Positions 14,900-29,744 of a stretch of 64,000 nucleotides of DNA are shown here, in pieces. The stretch is taken from assembly GCF_009914755.1 (NCBI RefSeq), contig NC_060928.1, one strand, 5' to 3'. Source of the stretch: the human T2T-CHM13v2.0 reference genome, Homo sapiens. The notes under the pieces were generated by a model. That model was not told the DNA's origin and made no database searches. It saw nothing but the letters and a program-made list of their open reading frames with translations. Position numbers and translations under genes: made by a program. Numbering within the stretch: position 1 is the stretch's first letter; each line of letters opens with the position of its first letter.

Positions 14900-16370
14900 A
14901 GGCTTTAACTCACTGGAGGCAGCTGATCACTCTCTCATGTTTGAAACTCTTCACATGGCTTCCTGGACACCAAGCTTTCAGGCTGCTCTTTCTCAGTCCG
15001 CCTTGCTGGTTCCTTCTCACCTTCCCAACCTCTGCATCTTGGAGAGTTCCAAAACAAAGTCCCATCCCCTGAATTCGGTTAACACAAAATGATGCTATGT
15101 GATTATCTTCTCTAAAAGTATTACAAATCCCACCCCATTTCCATACTGATGGAAATTATCTAAAATGAATTAGGGAAATGGACCATCTATCCTTCCAGTT
15201 ACTGGGAAGTCCTACCCACTTCCTTTAACCTAATAAGAAAATCACCAAAGCGATGGTGCTCCCCACCTGTGCTCCTCCCATGGTGACCTCTCCCCCGTCT
15301 CACATTGAAACACCAGCTATATGGAAATGACTCCAGAATTCATAGTTTCTGCCCAGACTTCTCACTTGAACTCCAGAAATGTAGATATAGCTGCTTATTT
15401 GACATCTGAAGGCTATAGGCGTTCCAAACTTCTATCTAAAACGAACTCATTATTTCCTTCCCCTTGCCTTCACCTAATCCACCGTACCCAGCCAGGCTTC
15501 CACCTTGGGTAAATAATGCCTCATTCTTCCAATTGCTCGGAGGAGAACTATGAAGGTAGCTGTGATTTGGTTCTCTCTTTCACATCCCACATCCAGTCAT
15601 TGAGTCCTTCAAAACATACTCGGACTCCAGCCACTTCTCATGACCTCCATCACTACCACGGTGGGCCAAGCCACCATGGTCTCTCACATTGCTTATTACA
15701 ATATCTTTCTAAGAATTTTCAGAGAATTGGTCTGATTAGATGCTAAGATGGGAGAATTGGTCCATGAGAAACCCATCTGGGCTTGCTAACTGGCACTGGT
15801 CCAAAACCGCCCCTGCAGCTTCATCTCTTCCCATCTTAATCTATTCAGACCGATTCTCTGAAAATATGTCCCTCTGCTGCATAAAGGCCTCCACAGATTT
15901 TCTGTCTTGCTCACCAAGATCATCCTCATGCCTCTTACCTCTAGGCCTTCCTACTTCTCAGTCTTCCTCTTTTGCCCCCCTCCCTGGGTTCACTGTACTC
16001 CCAACACACTGACTTTCTTGAACTCTTTAAACTCTCTCACCTTGCTCTCACCTCAAGACCTTTGTACTTGGTGTACCTTATGCCTGGAACACTCTTTGAT
16101 CTGTCCTTCCTGAAGGTTATTTACATAGATGTGCAAAATTATATTTCCATTCCCATCGCTTTCTTTACCCTTGACCTGCTTTTTCTTCACAGCACTTATC
16201 ATCACCTGATATTTTGTGTAATCACTTGGCCGCTTGTTTATTTCTGCCTCCTCCTACCAGCATGAAAGTTCCTTGAGACTGTGGACTTTGTTCTTCACTG
16301 TGTCCCCAGACCCTAGCACAGTGCCTAGCACATGTTAGGTACTCAATAAATATTTGCCAAATGGATGACT
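14900..16370 (+). mobile_element. Fragmented L2 ending in the L2 3' tail
   Basis: 3' end cctagcacagtgcctagcacatgttaggtactcaataaatatttg at ~16312-16356, with L2-like internal segments upstream. Confidence 0.7.
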
Positions 16371-17559
16371 CTTTCCGGGATGGTATGGCCAATCTACCTT
16401 GACAATCCAGATCCCTGCTTTAACTCAGAAGCTTGATAAAGAACAACACACCCTGGAACACGGCAGTGACAGAAGCATCTAGAAGTGACAGCAAACTACC
16501 CAAGATCAGAGATCCAACACAGAGACAATAGAAACATTGGGATTGAAGAGATTCTTGGGACTGTAAAAATCCCAAGAATATGGGATTGTAAAAAACCTGT
16601 CATCTTACTGCTATGATAGATGAAGATTTTGCTTGCCTATACCTTGTTGCTATTCCTCTCTTCCTTTCCTCCAAATATACTTGTAGGTATAAGATAGTTT
16701 TCACTTAAATTATTGGCGAGTGCTTACATTATGCTTATGTTTTGCGGTTCGTTCTTGACAGTATACAATAATATGTATACTATGTTTCTTTTTTGTACAA
16801 CTGTTTGTTTTTCTTGGAATTAATTAGTTCATCTCTTCCCCTACTCAGTTTTCAATACACCTAGTCTCTCTTTGTTTTTGAGTGGTCCATCAGATTCATT
16901 AATTCTAAGTTTCCAATATCCACCAGGCACTGTTTCTGGCACCAGAGATCAGCACTGAACAAATTACAAAATATCTGCCCTCATGGAGCTTATACTTGGT
17001 TAAATTCCTATCAGTTATTTTCTAAATACTTGGACATATCAAATAACCATTAATTTTTTTTTTTCTTAAAAATCCTCCTTCCAGAGACCTCTGCTTTACT
17101 GCCATTTTTTCTGTGGGCTTTTTCCTTTATATCTGTTCCCTTACAGTGTACTTATTTGGTTCTATTTGCTTTTTTACTCTCTAGAAGATTTTGGGATTAA
17201 AAAAAAATACTTGGTTGCTAAAATTTCACACTGATATGTATGTGCTGTTGTACTTTTTTTTTTTTTCACACACAGGTGCTCAACATTCCACTGGGCTCTT
17301 TCAAAATGGATACTTGTGAACTTCAGTGGAGTTTTCTAGTGTTATTTCTTTGAAAGTTTCTTCCCTTTCATTGTCTCTGTCTTTTCTTTCTAGAATTTCT
17401 ACCAGATGACCCTACCACTCTGTATTAATTCTTTGTCTTATCTTTTTTTATCTGTTTTCCATCTCTTTGCTCTTTTTTCCCATATTGAGAGAGTTTTCCT
17501 TTAATCTTCCTTTTAGCTCTCCCTTTTTCATTTTGGCTCCCATATTTTTTTCAAAAAGT

Positions 17560-17871
17560 ATGGAGGGTTTGGGAGAGAATTGGTCCATGAGAAACCCATC
17601 TGGGCTTGCCAGCTGGCACTGGACAGAGACTGAGAGATGGGGGCCCTATTTTTGGGTGTTGACTAGCATAAACTAAGTTCATTTGGAAGCCTTGAGTTTT
17701 CTCAGGCAGGCACTTTAAGGGAGGCTATGGTCATCCTAGGGATGTCATCTTGAGCTGTTAGAAACTGTGTTAGTGTTTCTGCAAATCTTTATAGGCCAAG
17801 GTTGAGATCTAGTGGACAAAGGGTTTGAGAGGAGCCTGGCTAGAGTTTGGTCAAGGAGAGAATCCTTGTCA
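17560..17871 (-). mobile_element. Partial ERV1-class LTR (MER90/MER67-like; subfamily uncertain)
   Basis: Reverse strand begins TGACAAGGATTCTCTCCTTGACCAAACTCTAGCCAGGCTCCTCTC, typical of this LTR group. Confidence 0.6.
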
Positions 17872-18831
17872 CCTTCACTTAATCTCTGTTGGCAGCTGTG
17901 TGTTCATGCCCTCCCCACCCCACCCTTCTCTGAACTTCTTAACTACATTTTAAATAAACCCAAACCTGAGATTCATTGCAGAGGACATCATCAAAGCATA
18001 TAGTCACCAGACTGTCTAAAGTCAATGTGAAGGAAAGAATTCTGAGCAGTGAGACAAGAGTATCACATAACCTATAGAGGAGAACCTCTCAGACTGCTAG
18101 CAGACTTCTCAGCACAAACCTTACATGCCAGAAGGGATTAAGGTCCTGTTTTTAGCCTCTTAAACAGAATAATCAGCAGCCAAGAATTTTGTCTCCAGAA
18201 AAACTAAATTTCATACGTGAAGCAGAAATGATCTTCAGACAAGCAAATGCTGAGGGAATTTGTCACTACCAGGCCAGCCCTACAAGAAATGTTAAACAGA
18301 GTTCTAAATCTTGAAACAAAAGGTTGATATGCACCAGAATAGAACCTCTTGAAAGCATGAAACTCACAAGGCCTATAAAACAATAACATAATGAAGAAAA
18401 CAAAGTATCTAGGTAACAACATGATGACTGGAATGGCATCTCACATCTCAGTATTAACACTGAATGTAAATGGTCTAAATGCTCCACTTAAAAAATACAG
18501 ATTGGCAGAACGGGTAAAAAAAAAAAAATCACAAAGCAAATATCTGCTGTGTTCAAGAGGCTCATCTAATATCTAAGGTATATGATAGACTCAAGGTAAA
18601 GGGGTGAAAAAAGATATTCCAGGCAAATGGAAACTAAAGGTGAGCAAAAGTAACTTTTTATATCTTACCTAATATCTGACTTTAAGGCAAAAAAAGTAAA
18701 AAATGACAAAGGTCATTATATAATGATAAAAGAGTCAACCCAACAAGAATATATTACAATCCTAAATATATATGCACCTAACTCTGGAGCTCCCAGATTT
18801 ATAAAACAATTATTACTAGACCTAAGAAAAC

Positions 18832-19177
<346 letters not shown>

Positions 19178-20810
19178 TTAATAGTGGGAGACTTCAACTC
19201 TCCACTGACAGCAGTAGGCAGATCATCGAGTCAGAAAGTCAACAAAGAAACACTGAACCTAAACTACACTCTAAAACAATGGACCTAACAGATATTTACA
19301 GAACATTCTACCCAAGAACTGCAGAATATACATTCTTCTCATCAGCAAATGGAACATTCTCTAAGATAGACCATATGATATGCCACAAAACAAGTCTCAA
19401 TAAATTTTAAATAGAAATCATATCAAGTATCAGACCACAGTGGAATAAAATTAGAAATCAACCCCAAAAGGAATCCTCAAAACTATACAACTACATGGGA
19501 ATTAGTCTACTTAGGAATGATTTCTGGGTTAACAAATCAAGATGGAAATTAAAAAATTATTCAAAGTAAATGATAATAGTAACATAAATTCTCAAAACCT
19601 CTGGGATACAGCAAAAGCAGTGCTAGGAGGAAAGTTTATAGCACTAAATGCCTACATCAAAAAGTCTGAAAGATCACAAATTGACAATCTAGTGTCACGC
19701 CTCAAGGGCCCAGAGAAATGAGAACAAACCCAAAGCTAGCAGAAGAAAAGGAATAACAAATATCAGAGCAGAACTACATGAAATTGAAACAACAACAAAA
19801 AAGATCAATAAAACAAAAAGTTGGTTCTTTGAAAAAAAATCAATAGACCATTAGCTAGATTAACCAAGAAAAGAGAGAAGATTCAAATACAATTCAAATG
19901 TCAAGGAAACATTACAACTAACACCACAGAAATACAAAAGATGATTCAAAACTACTACGAACACCTCTATGCACACAAACTAAAAACATCTAGAAAAAGT
20001 GGAGAAATTCCTGGAAACATACAACCCACCTAGATTGAATCTGGAAGTAACAGAAATACTGAACAGACCAATAATAAGCAGTGAGATTGAATCAGTAATT
20101 TAAAAAGTGCCAACAACAATAAAAAAGCCCAGGACCAGATGGATTCACAGCTGAATTCTACCACACATTCAAAGAAGAATGGGTAACAATTCTCCTGAAA
20201 CTATTCCAAAAGCTTGAGAAAAAGAGAATCCTCCCTACCTTATTCTATGAGGGCAGTATCATCCTGATACCAAAACCAGGAAAGGACATAACAAAAAAAG
20301 AAAACTACAGACCTATAACCCTGATTAACATAGATGCAAAAAAAAATCTTAAAAAAAAGATATTAGAATACTGAATCTAACAGCACATCAAAAAGATAAT
20401 ATGCCATGATCAAGTGGACTTCATCCCAGGAATGCAGGAATGATTTAACATATGTAACTCAATAAATGTGTTACATCACATAAACAGAATTAAAAACAAA
20501 ACCCAATAGGTACACAGAAAAAGCATTTGATAAAATCCAGCATCCCTTTATGATAAAAACCCTCTACAAACTAGGCAGAGAAGGAACATACCTGAAAATA
20601 ATTAAAGCCATGTATGACAAACCCACAGCCAATATCATACTGAATGGGAAAAAATTAAAAGCATTCCCCCTAAGAAATAGAACAAGACAGGGTTGCTCCC
20701 TTTCAACATTTCTATTCGAAGTAGTACTGGAAGTTCTAGCCAGAGCAATCAGTCAAGAGAAAAAAATAAAGGGCATCCAAGTTGGAAAAGAGGAAGTCAA
20801 ATTATCTCTG

Positions 20811-20858
20811 GTCGGCCTACCTGCCTGCCTGCCTTCCTCCCTCCCTCCTTCCCTCCCT

Positions 20859-20910
<52 letters not shown>

Positions 20911-21148
20911 GTCTCAGAGTCTTGCTGTGTCATCTAGGCTGGAGTGCAGTGGTAGGATCTGGCTCACTGCAACCCCCGCCTCCCAGGTTCAGGTGATTCT
21001 CCTGCCTCAATTTTGTATTTTTAGTAGAGACAGGGTTTTGCTATGCTGGTCGGGCTGGTCTCCAACTCCTGACCTTAAGTGATCCGCCCACCTCGGCCTC
21101 CCAAAATGTGTTGCTGGGATTACAGGCATGAGCCACCATGCCCAGCCC
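20811..21148 (-). mobile_element. Alu in L1 ORF2 with an internal deletion and a tail replaced by (CCTG)/(CCCT)/(CT)n microsatellite
   Basis: TSD-like tatctctg at 20803-20810 and 21149-21156; about 50 bp missing at cctgcctca|attttgtattt. Confidence 0.85.
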
Positions 21149-23359
21149 TATCTCTGTTTTCTGATGATATGGTCATATACCTAGAAAACCACAAGATTCC
21201 AAGATTCCTCCAAAAGATTCCTAGATTTGATAAACAAATTCAGTAAAGTCTCAGGTTACAAGATCAATGTGCACAAATCAGTAGCACTGCTATACACTAA
21301 TGATGACCAAGCTGAGCATCAAATGGAGAAGTCAATCCCTTTTACAGTAGCTGAAAACCAAAAGCAAAAAACACCCTAGGAATATACTTAACCAAGAAGG
21401 TGAGCTATCTACAAGGAGAACTACAAAACACTGCTGGAAAAGAAACCATAGATGACACAAACAAATGGAGACACAAACAAATGGAAACACATCCCATGCT
21501 CATGGATAGGAAGAATCAATATCATGAAAATGACCATACTGCCCAAAGCAATTTACAGATTCAATGAAATTTCTATCAAAATACCAACATCATTTTTCAC
21601 AGAATTAGAAAAAAAAAATCCTAAAATTTATATGGAACCAAAAAAGAGCCCAAATAGCCAAAGCAATCCTAAGCAAAAGCACAAATCTGGAGGCATCACA
21701 TTATCTGACTTCAATTTTTACTATAAGGCTAATTAGTATAAAAGTAGATACACAGACCAATGGAACAGAATAGAGAACCCAGAAGTAAGGCAAAATACTT
21801 CAACTGATCTTCAACAAAACATACAAAAACATAAACTAGGGAAAGGACACCCTATTCAATAAATGGTGCTGGGAAAACTGGATAGCTACATGTAGAAGAA
21901 TGAAACTGGATCCCTGTCTGTCACCATATACAAAAATCAACTCAAGATGGATAAAAAAACTTAAATCTAAGACCCCAAACCATAAAAAGTCTAAAAGAAA
22001 ACCTAGGACCCTAAAAGCAAATGCAACAAAGACAAAAATAAATAAATGGGACCTAATTAAACTAAAAAGCTTCTGCATAGCAAAATAAATAAATACTCAA
22101 CAGGGTAAACAGACAACCCACAGAATGGGAGAAAATTGTCACAAACTATGCATCTGACAAAGGACTAATATCCAGAGTCTTCAAGGAACTCAAATGAACA
22201 AGAAAAAAGTCTCATCCAAAAGTGGGCAAATGACATGAGTAGACGTTTCTCAAAAGAAGATAATACAGATGGCCAACAAATGTGAAAATATTCAGCATCA
22301 AAATCAGGGAAATGCACACTAAAACCACAGTGAGATACCAGCTTACCCCAGCCAGAATGGCCATTATTAAAAAATAAAAAATAAAAAAAACATAGATGTT
22401 GGTGTGCATGTGGTGAAAAGGGAACACTTATCCACTGCTGGTGGGAATGTAAATCAGTACAGCCTCTATGGAAAACAGTATGGAGGTTTCTTTAAAAACG
22501 AAAAGTAGATCTACCATTTGATCCAGGAATCCCACTACTGGGTATCTACCAAATCATTATATTCAAAAGACACCTGCACACATATGTTTAAAGAAGTCAT
22601 TATATTCAAAAGACACCTGCACACATACGTTTATTGCATCACAATTCACAGTTGATAAGGAACCAATCTAAGTGCCCACCACCCAATGAATGGATAATGT
22701 GGTGTATATACACCATGGACTACTACTCAGCCATAAAAAAGAATAAAATAATGTATTTTGCAGCAACTTGGGTGGAGATGGAGGCCATTATTCTAAGTAA
22801 AATAACTCAGGAATGGAAAACTATGTTCTGACTTATAAGTGGGAGCTAAGCTATGGGTACGCAAAGGTAGACAGAGTGGAAAAATGGACATTGGAGACAG
22901 AAGCAGGGAGGCTAGGAAGAGGGTGAGGGCTAAAAAACTACATATTGGGTACAATATATACTACTCAGCTGATGAGTACACTAATCTCAGACTTCACCAT
23001 TACACACTTCATCCATGTAACCAAAAACTACTTGTACCCCAAAAGCTATTGAAATAAAAAATAATAATAATAAACCCAAACCAGAAGTCACAGATTTGGG
23101 ATGAGATTTTTGCAAGAAAAATCATGGAGAATGTAAATTACTGGGCACATTGTCAAAGAAAAGGCCTTAGCCCTATATCAAAGATCATTAATATGTATAT
23201 GTTTAAGTTAAAACTTATACTATTTCCTGTTTTATGAATATTCCACTTTAGCTGATTTTTTTTTTCCACTCACTGACTCAAGATACTGATTGAGATGTGG
23301 AGGACAAAAGACAGAGGGTTCCTCCTGGAGTAAATGTATCATTCTTGTCCCGTAAACTA

Positions 23360-23545
23360 GATACTGAGTCAGGGGCTTTACATATATCATCTTATTTAAT
23401 CTTCCAAACCGCTCAGAGAAGCAGGTGTTATTATTTCTATTTTACAGGTTAGAAAATGATGCCTTAAGTAATTTACCTTAGATTCCACAGTTCAAAAGCG
23501 ACAGAACTGGGATAGAAACCAAAATTTGATTCCAAAATCCTGTGT
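23360..23545 (-). mobile_element. MIR SINE
   Basis: tcttatttaatcttccaaac...ttatttctattttacagg...cagaactgggatagaaacc core. Confidence 0.65.
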
Positions 23546-23966
23546 TGCTCTCCTTACACCTCACAGGTTTTCATTGTTACAGGGGGAGCTACAGGTGAGG
23601 CTTGAGACTCACCTAGGGCCTCTGAGCTGGTCCACAGCCCGGCTGCTGATCAAACCCAGCCTCGCCCAGTTGAGCTGCTCTCCATTCCATGTTTGTTTTA
23701 GTTTTGCTCCTGCTTTTGCAAGGGAAGCCCAGTACTCAAGGAGACAGGGCACAGTTAAGAAAACCAAGTTCTTGGAACAGGCCCAGATCTGTACCAGGCT
23801 CTGGGCTTGAACATGACTGCAGAAATGTCAGGAGTTGCTCCCGGAATGGATAATTGAGTCCAGGGAGGTGACTCTTTCTCTGTGTGGATTAACACATGAC
23901 TATCTCCATTGCCTCCCTGTGGCCCGTAGTGGTGATGGTTGTCAGGAGTGCTGTGTGTCAAGAAGG

Positions 23967-24255
23967 ACCATTCTCAGCAAACTAACACAGGAACAGAAAA
24001 CCAAACATCGCGTGTTCTCACTTGTAAGTGGGAGTTGAAAAATGAAAACACATGGACACAGGGAGGGGAACATCACACAATGGGGCCTGTCGGAGGGTCA
24101 GAGGCAAGGGGAGGGAGAACATTAGGACAAATACCTAATGCATGCAGGGCTTAAAACCTAGATGATGGGTTGATAGGTGGAGGAAACCACCATGGCACAT
24201 GTATACCTATGTAACAAACCTGCACGCTCTGTACATGTATCCCAGAACTTAAAAA
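23967..24255 (+). mobile_element. L1PA (L1PA7/8-like) 3' end fragment
   Basis: ttaggacaaatacctaatgcatgcagggcttaaaacctagatgatggg...aacctgcacgctctgtacatgtatcccagaacttaaa. Confidence 0.88.
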
Positions 24256-24371
24256 CAAGGATTCAGAGGCTGCATCTGTGGTTAACTAAAGGGCATTATG
24301 AGCAGTGATGCCTGGTGTGTGAGATGGAGACTATGCACAGACACCAGTTATTTTCCTTCCTTGGCCTTAGG

Positions 24372-24545
24372 TGACGGTTCTCAAACATGACCCTGCAACA
24401 GAATCACCTGAGGGTTAAAACTCAGATTACCCTTCCCCAGCGTTTCTCATTCAGGATATCTGGATTAGAGCCCAAGAAACTGTTTAAGAAGTTTCAGGTG
24501 AGCTGATGCGAATTCAGAGACCCCACTTTGAGAACCAGCAGTCTA
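24372..24545. mobile_element. MER5A-like DNA transposon
   Basis: ggttctcaaac...cagaatcacctg...cactttgagaaccagcag terminal inverted motifs. Confidence 0.65.
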
Positions 24546-24939
24546 GGGGTGTTAGCCTGTAACTACCTTTCCTTTGCCACTTTTTTTTCAATTGTGATTT
24601 GTATCTTCCTGCACTCACCTCCCAGCCCACCAGCCCATACACCAAAAGAAAAAAAAAAAAGAAAAAAAGACCAAACGACCCAGAATACAGCTAGGCAGCT
24701 CAGGGGACAGGTGTAAACAGTTTTTTTGTTTGTTTTATTTTTCCCAAGTCAGGCCTGCATTTCAGCCCCTCACCTTCTGAGCTTAGGAAGGTCAGCTAGA
24801 CACTCTGGCCTCTGTTTCTTCTGTAAAGGGGAAGATTGTGATAGATGGGCTCAAAGGTGACTTCTGGCTGGAAGTTTCTATGATCTATGACTGCTATCAA
24901 AAGCTTCAATGCTGCTACTAGAAAATAATCATCATCACT

Positions 24940-25370
24940 ACTTGCTAAACACCTAAGGTGCCAGAAAGTGTGCTAAATACTTTACCTGCCTGATTGCATT
25001 TCTAAAACTTACAGCAACTCCGGAGAGCAGGACTTCTTATACCCATTTCATAGATGAGGAAACTGAGGCACAGAGAAGCTAAATGATGTGACTAAGGGCA
25101 CGATGTCAATGATGTGAGAGCTGGGGAATTGTAGGGGCCGTTGGAGCATGGTATGGGAAAGGAACATGAACCTGAGAGGCACATATCTTTGAACTTTATC
25201 AGATTCAAGCTTCCTCACTCCCAGCTCTGTGGTTTTTGGACAGCTCACTTTATTATATTTCTCTAACCTTAAGTTTCCTCCTGTAAAATGGGGTAATGTT
25301 ATCTGCCTTATTGAGGTTGCTGATAAACATAAAAAAACTGAATATGAAAAGTGCCTGGCATGAAGTTGAC
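24940..25370. mobile_element. Two MIR fragments in opposite orientations
   Basis: cccatttcatagatgaggaaactgaggcacagagaag and ctctaaccttaagtttcctcctgtaaaatggggtaat cores. Confidence 0.7.
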
Positions 25371-26901
25371 CCTCAGCTAATTCTAGGTTTGATCTGGGCA
25401 ATGTGGAAACTCAGCTGTGTTTTGGGGTGGAAGGCAGACCTGCACATGGGAAGGAAGGTGGCTGAATTTTCACCCTACTGAGACTTATCCCTTGGTGGAG
25501 GAGGTGAGGGGCCTTCACCCATGTCTGAGCAGCCATCTGTATTCTCTAGTAAGAAGGGTGAATGCTCCCTGTTCTCAGCCTCCCAGAACCCATGTTTATC
25601 ATCATGAATTAAGCTGCATAAAATTCAGGCAGCTCCTGGGGTAGCCGAGAATATAAAAGTTGAGCTGGGAGGAAGTTAAGATAGATCTCTCTGCCTTTGC
25701 TGTAGAAACAGACGCTCTGCTCAAGGGAGATTGTGCTAGGAATTTGAATCCCTGCAAAACACCGAGGCATTTCAAGCCACAGAAGGCTAACGAGGGGGAT
25801 TTTTAGTAGAGGGAATGAATCCTGGGGGGAAAAGGATGAAGTGGAGCCTTCCACGATACACAGCACAGACAGGCTGAGTTACTGCTGGTGATGGAGCCAG
25901 AAAGTCAAGGACGTAGAATTTAAAGAGCCCTGAGTCAATAATGGAACCGGAATGGAGGATGCATCAGGGCTTATTGCCCCTCCTCCCCTCACCAGCCTTC
26001 TCACCTGCCCATTAGGAGGCAGCTTTCCCTGGGGAACAGGTGTGGCCATCAGCAAGCCATGTTTCTAAACAAGCTCACTGACTCCTTCCTCCCCTGGATG
26101 TGTCCTAATCAGCGTGAGACAAGTCAGAGTTTGAGGGTCACACAGGTGTGCAGGATCTCACAAATGCGGAACCAGCTAGACTAGAAGGGCCCCCGCACTG
26201 GGTTTTTCTCACGCAAAGCAAGGACAAGCAGAAGCAAGTAATGAAAATACATAAAAAGGTACAAAAGCAAATGTTGACATTAAACAGAAGACTCCTTTGA
26301 ACCAGAAGAGGGACATGGGTAGCCAAACACAAGCCAGGCTCAAGTTTCCTGTCTCAGCAGGGGAATACGCTGAGATTAGCGGTATTGATTGTTCATTTAT
26401 TTTTGAGATAATCAAGTTACAGGCTGATTATAAAATTGCATCTCAGCAGTGTGCCTTGACTTTTTTTTAAATCTCCCATTAGTCTGTCTGGGTCAGCCTG
26501 GCTGTGGTCACAGGGGGGCTGCCAGAGGCCCACACAGCAGCATGATACCCCTATACCTGTTGCTTCCCGAGGCCACCGAGGTCTCGTGAGTCAGGGCTTG
26601 TGACAAAGAGAACCTGCCACATCTGAGCCTGAACCCTGGCACACGAGGAAGCAGGCCCAGGAAATGAGATTGTCTCCATTCCCTGCTCCAGCTCCTCCTC
26701 TGTAGAAGCCCATTTGTGTAAACGGACGGTGCTGGACTGTGGATGTGCAGGGGTGTGTGGGCAGGAGCAGGGGCAGCAGGGCAGGTGACTGGACCTGAAC
26801 ATGCCTGCAGCCAGGGTAGGGAAGAAGTGTGCTATGAGCTGTGGAACCAAAGCCCCAGGGCAAGGCCACTTGGGATAGGCAGAGAGAGATGGGCCACTTC
26901 C

Positions 26902-27122
<221 letters not shown>

Positions 27123-27286
27123 TGAAGGAATGCTTCCTAATCCCACAGCCAAGAGAAATGAAAATATGGGTTCCTGCAAAGAACAGTGGATGTTTAGAGC
27201 AGCTGTATTTATAATGTCCCCAAACTGGAAATAACCCAGATGCCCATCAACTGGCAAAAGAATAAACAAACTGTGGCTTATCCATG

Positions 27287-27730
27287 TGTGGTGGGTGGAG
27301 TGACGGCTCTTCCCAAAGTTATATCTGCGTGCTAATTCCTGGAAGCTGTAAATGTGACCTTTTTTGGAAAAGGGGTCTTTGCAGATGTAATTAAGGCTTT
27401 TGAGATGAGGCCATCTTGGATTGTCTGAGTGGGCCCCAAATCCAATGACAAGTGTCCTTGTAAGAGGCCCACAAGGGGAGAAGAGGAGAAGGCCATATGA
27501 CGACAGAGGCAGAGACTGGAGTGGTGCAGCCACAAGCCAAGGGCCCCTGGAGCCACCAGAAGCTGGAAGAGACAGGAAACTGAAATCCCCTCTAGGACCT
27601 CTGGAGAGAGCACAGCCCTGGACTTCTTCCTGGAGCTGGCACCTGGACTTCCACCTTCTGGTCTCCAGAACTGTGAGAGAATAAATTTCTGTTGTTTTAA
27701 GCCACCAGATTTGTGGTAATGCATCTACAA
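27287..27730 (+). mobile_element. MaLR solo LTR (MLT1C-like) inserted in an old L1M fragment (~27170-28110)
   Basis: gtaaatgtgaccttttttggaaaaggggtctttgcagatgtaattaag...gagccaccagaagctggaagag...aataaatttctgttgttttaagccacc; L1M-like flanks. Confidence 0.8.
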
Positions 27731-28834
27731 TGTAGTGCAACTCAACAGTTAGAAGAATAAACTACTGAGACATGCAATAGTCACACTTATCTCAAGTGCA
27801 CTGTGCTAAGTGAAAGAAGCCACACACAAAAGGCCATGAACTCTGAGTCCATCATATGACCCAGGAAAGGCAAAAGTTGAGGGACAGACATCAGAGCAAT
27901 GGTTTTCAGGGACAGTGGAGAAGAGAGGATTGAGTATAAAGAGGCTCCAGGGAACTTTTTGCAGTGAGGGAAATACTCTATATCTTCAATATGGCCATGG
28001 TTATACAACTATATGTGTTTGTCAAATGCATAGAATTATGAACCTAAAACAATTTAATTGTACCTAAATGATACCTCAATTGTGAATGATTCCTCAATAA
28101 ATCTATTTTTTTTAAGTGAAGGAATGCCAAAACAGGGTTCTCAAAAACTATGTATATTTTAAATGTTTACTTTTTACAAATCAACACTTTCATCACACCC
28201 AGTTTAAAAACAATGATGGCTTATATCCTTATTTGGGTGTAGTATCAAAGGCCTACATTGTAGCCTTGTGTGAAAGGGAGATCTAGGCTGACCACCCTGC
28301 GATCCCACCCTGTCACAGTCTCTTGCTAGAGGACCTGTCAGTTATGGTCAAGGACTCCTGTTGGATGCCCCGTACCTTGGAGATACCTGCCTTCAGTCAA
28401 ACCTTAGTGGCCTCACCTGGATGGCTACCTAAAAACTAGGGGGCAGGAGGGCTGGGCCCTGGGCACCCTTCCCCTGCTGATTTGTGTTAGACCGGCATCT
28501 TCATGTTCAAGGTTCCTTCTCAAGCAGCTCCTATATGCTTCAGCTTTGCCCTGGGCTTTGAGGTTAGTGTGTGTGTGTGTGACCCTTGTGCATGGCTGTG
28601 GCCACTTCTTCTGGGTCTCTGGATGCTGATTTCCACCGGTATGGCCAGTACCCACCACCCTCACAGACACCTCCAGAAGAAACATCCATCTCATTCACTC
28701 TCTCTCTTTTTCTCTTTCTTATTTCTCTCCTATTTTGCCAGCCCTGGATCTGTCATATTTCCAAAAGGATTTAAATGGTGGGTTCTCTTGATTCCCTAGT
28801 CTCTAACTGAGCCTTTTAAGGCACTGGGCAAAGC

Positions 28835-29355
28835 CTCAAGTTTGGGAAACAGAAATCAAAATTCTGCAATTAGGTGTCTGGGAGTGATGGGGAGAGGGGA
28901 AAATCCTACTTCCATCCTTTGGATCCTGGACCTGAGTATTCTAGCTCTTGGGAATACAGTTGCATGTTGTGGTCTTTGACTCAGAGCTCATGCCACATCC
29001 TGAAGGACAGCTCCCCAGCCCCATAGGGCGGGTGCTTAAACTGTCATTTTAGCTCAACCACTACCAGTCCGTGCCATCATTCTATTACAGCAGCTGCTTC
29101 CAGGTGATGCAGGTTTATGGTAGGGCCAGTGGATCCCATGTTTGGGTACCCACGGCCATGCCTCTTGGCCACAAATAGATCTCTTGATCTGAAGCAATCA
29201 TAGGCAGGTTCCCATGTCCTGGGTGGTGGTGCCAGCAAGGATACTGTTGGCAGTGAAAGCAAACTTATATCTGATATAGACGTCAATTCCAGAAAAGCAA
29301 ATCGCAACCTCTTCCAGGGTAAAGGAAATCTGGGGAAATCAACCTGTCACCGAGG
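28835..29355 (-). pseudogene. Decayed ERVL (ERV3-16A3-like) integrase fragment
   Basis: Minus-strand translation gives QVD...W...[30 protein letters not shown] and WGAVLQDVA*ALSQRP, matching ERVL integrase motifs (QVDYIGP, GIDTYSGYGFA, HHPEAAGLIERW, WGKVLQKAVYALNQRP) with stops and frameshifts. Confidence 0.75.
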
Positions 29356-29363
29356 TTCCATAA

Positions 29364-29720
<357 letters not shown>

Positions 29721-29744
29721 TAGAACCCTTCTGGTCCCAATGGT

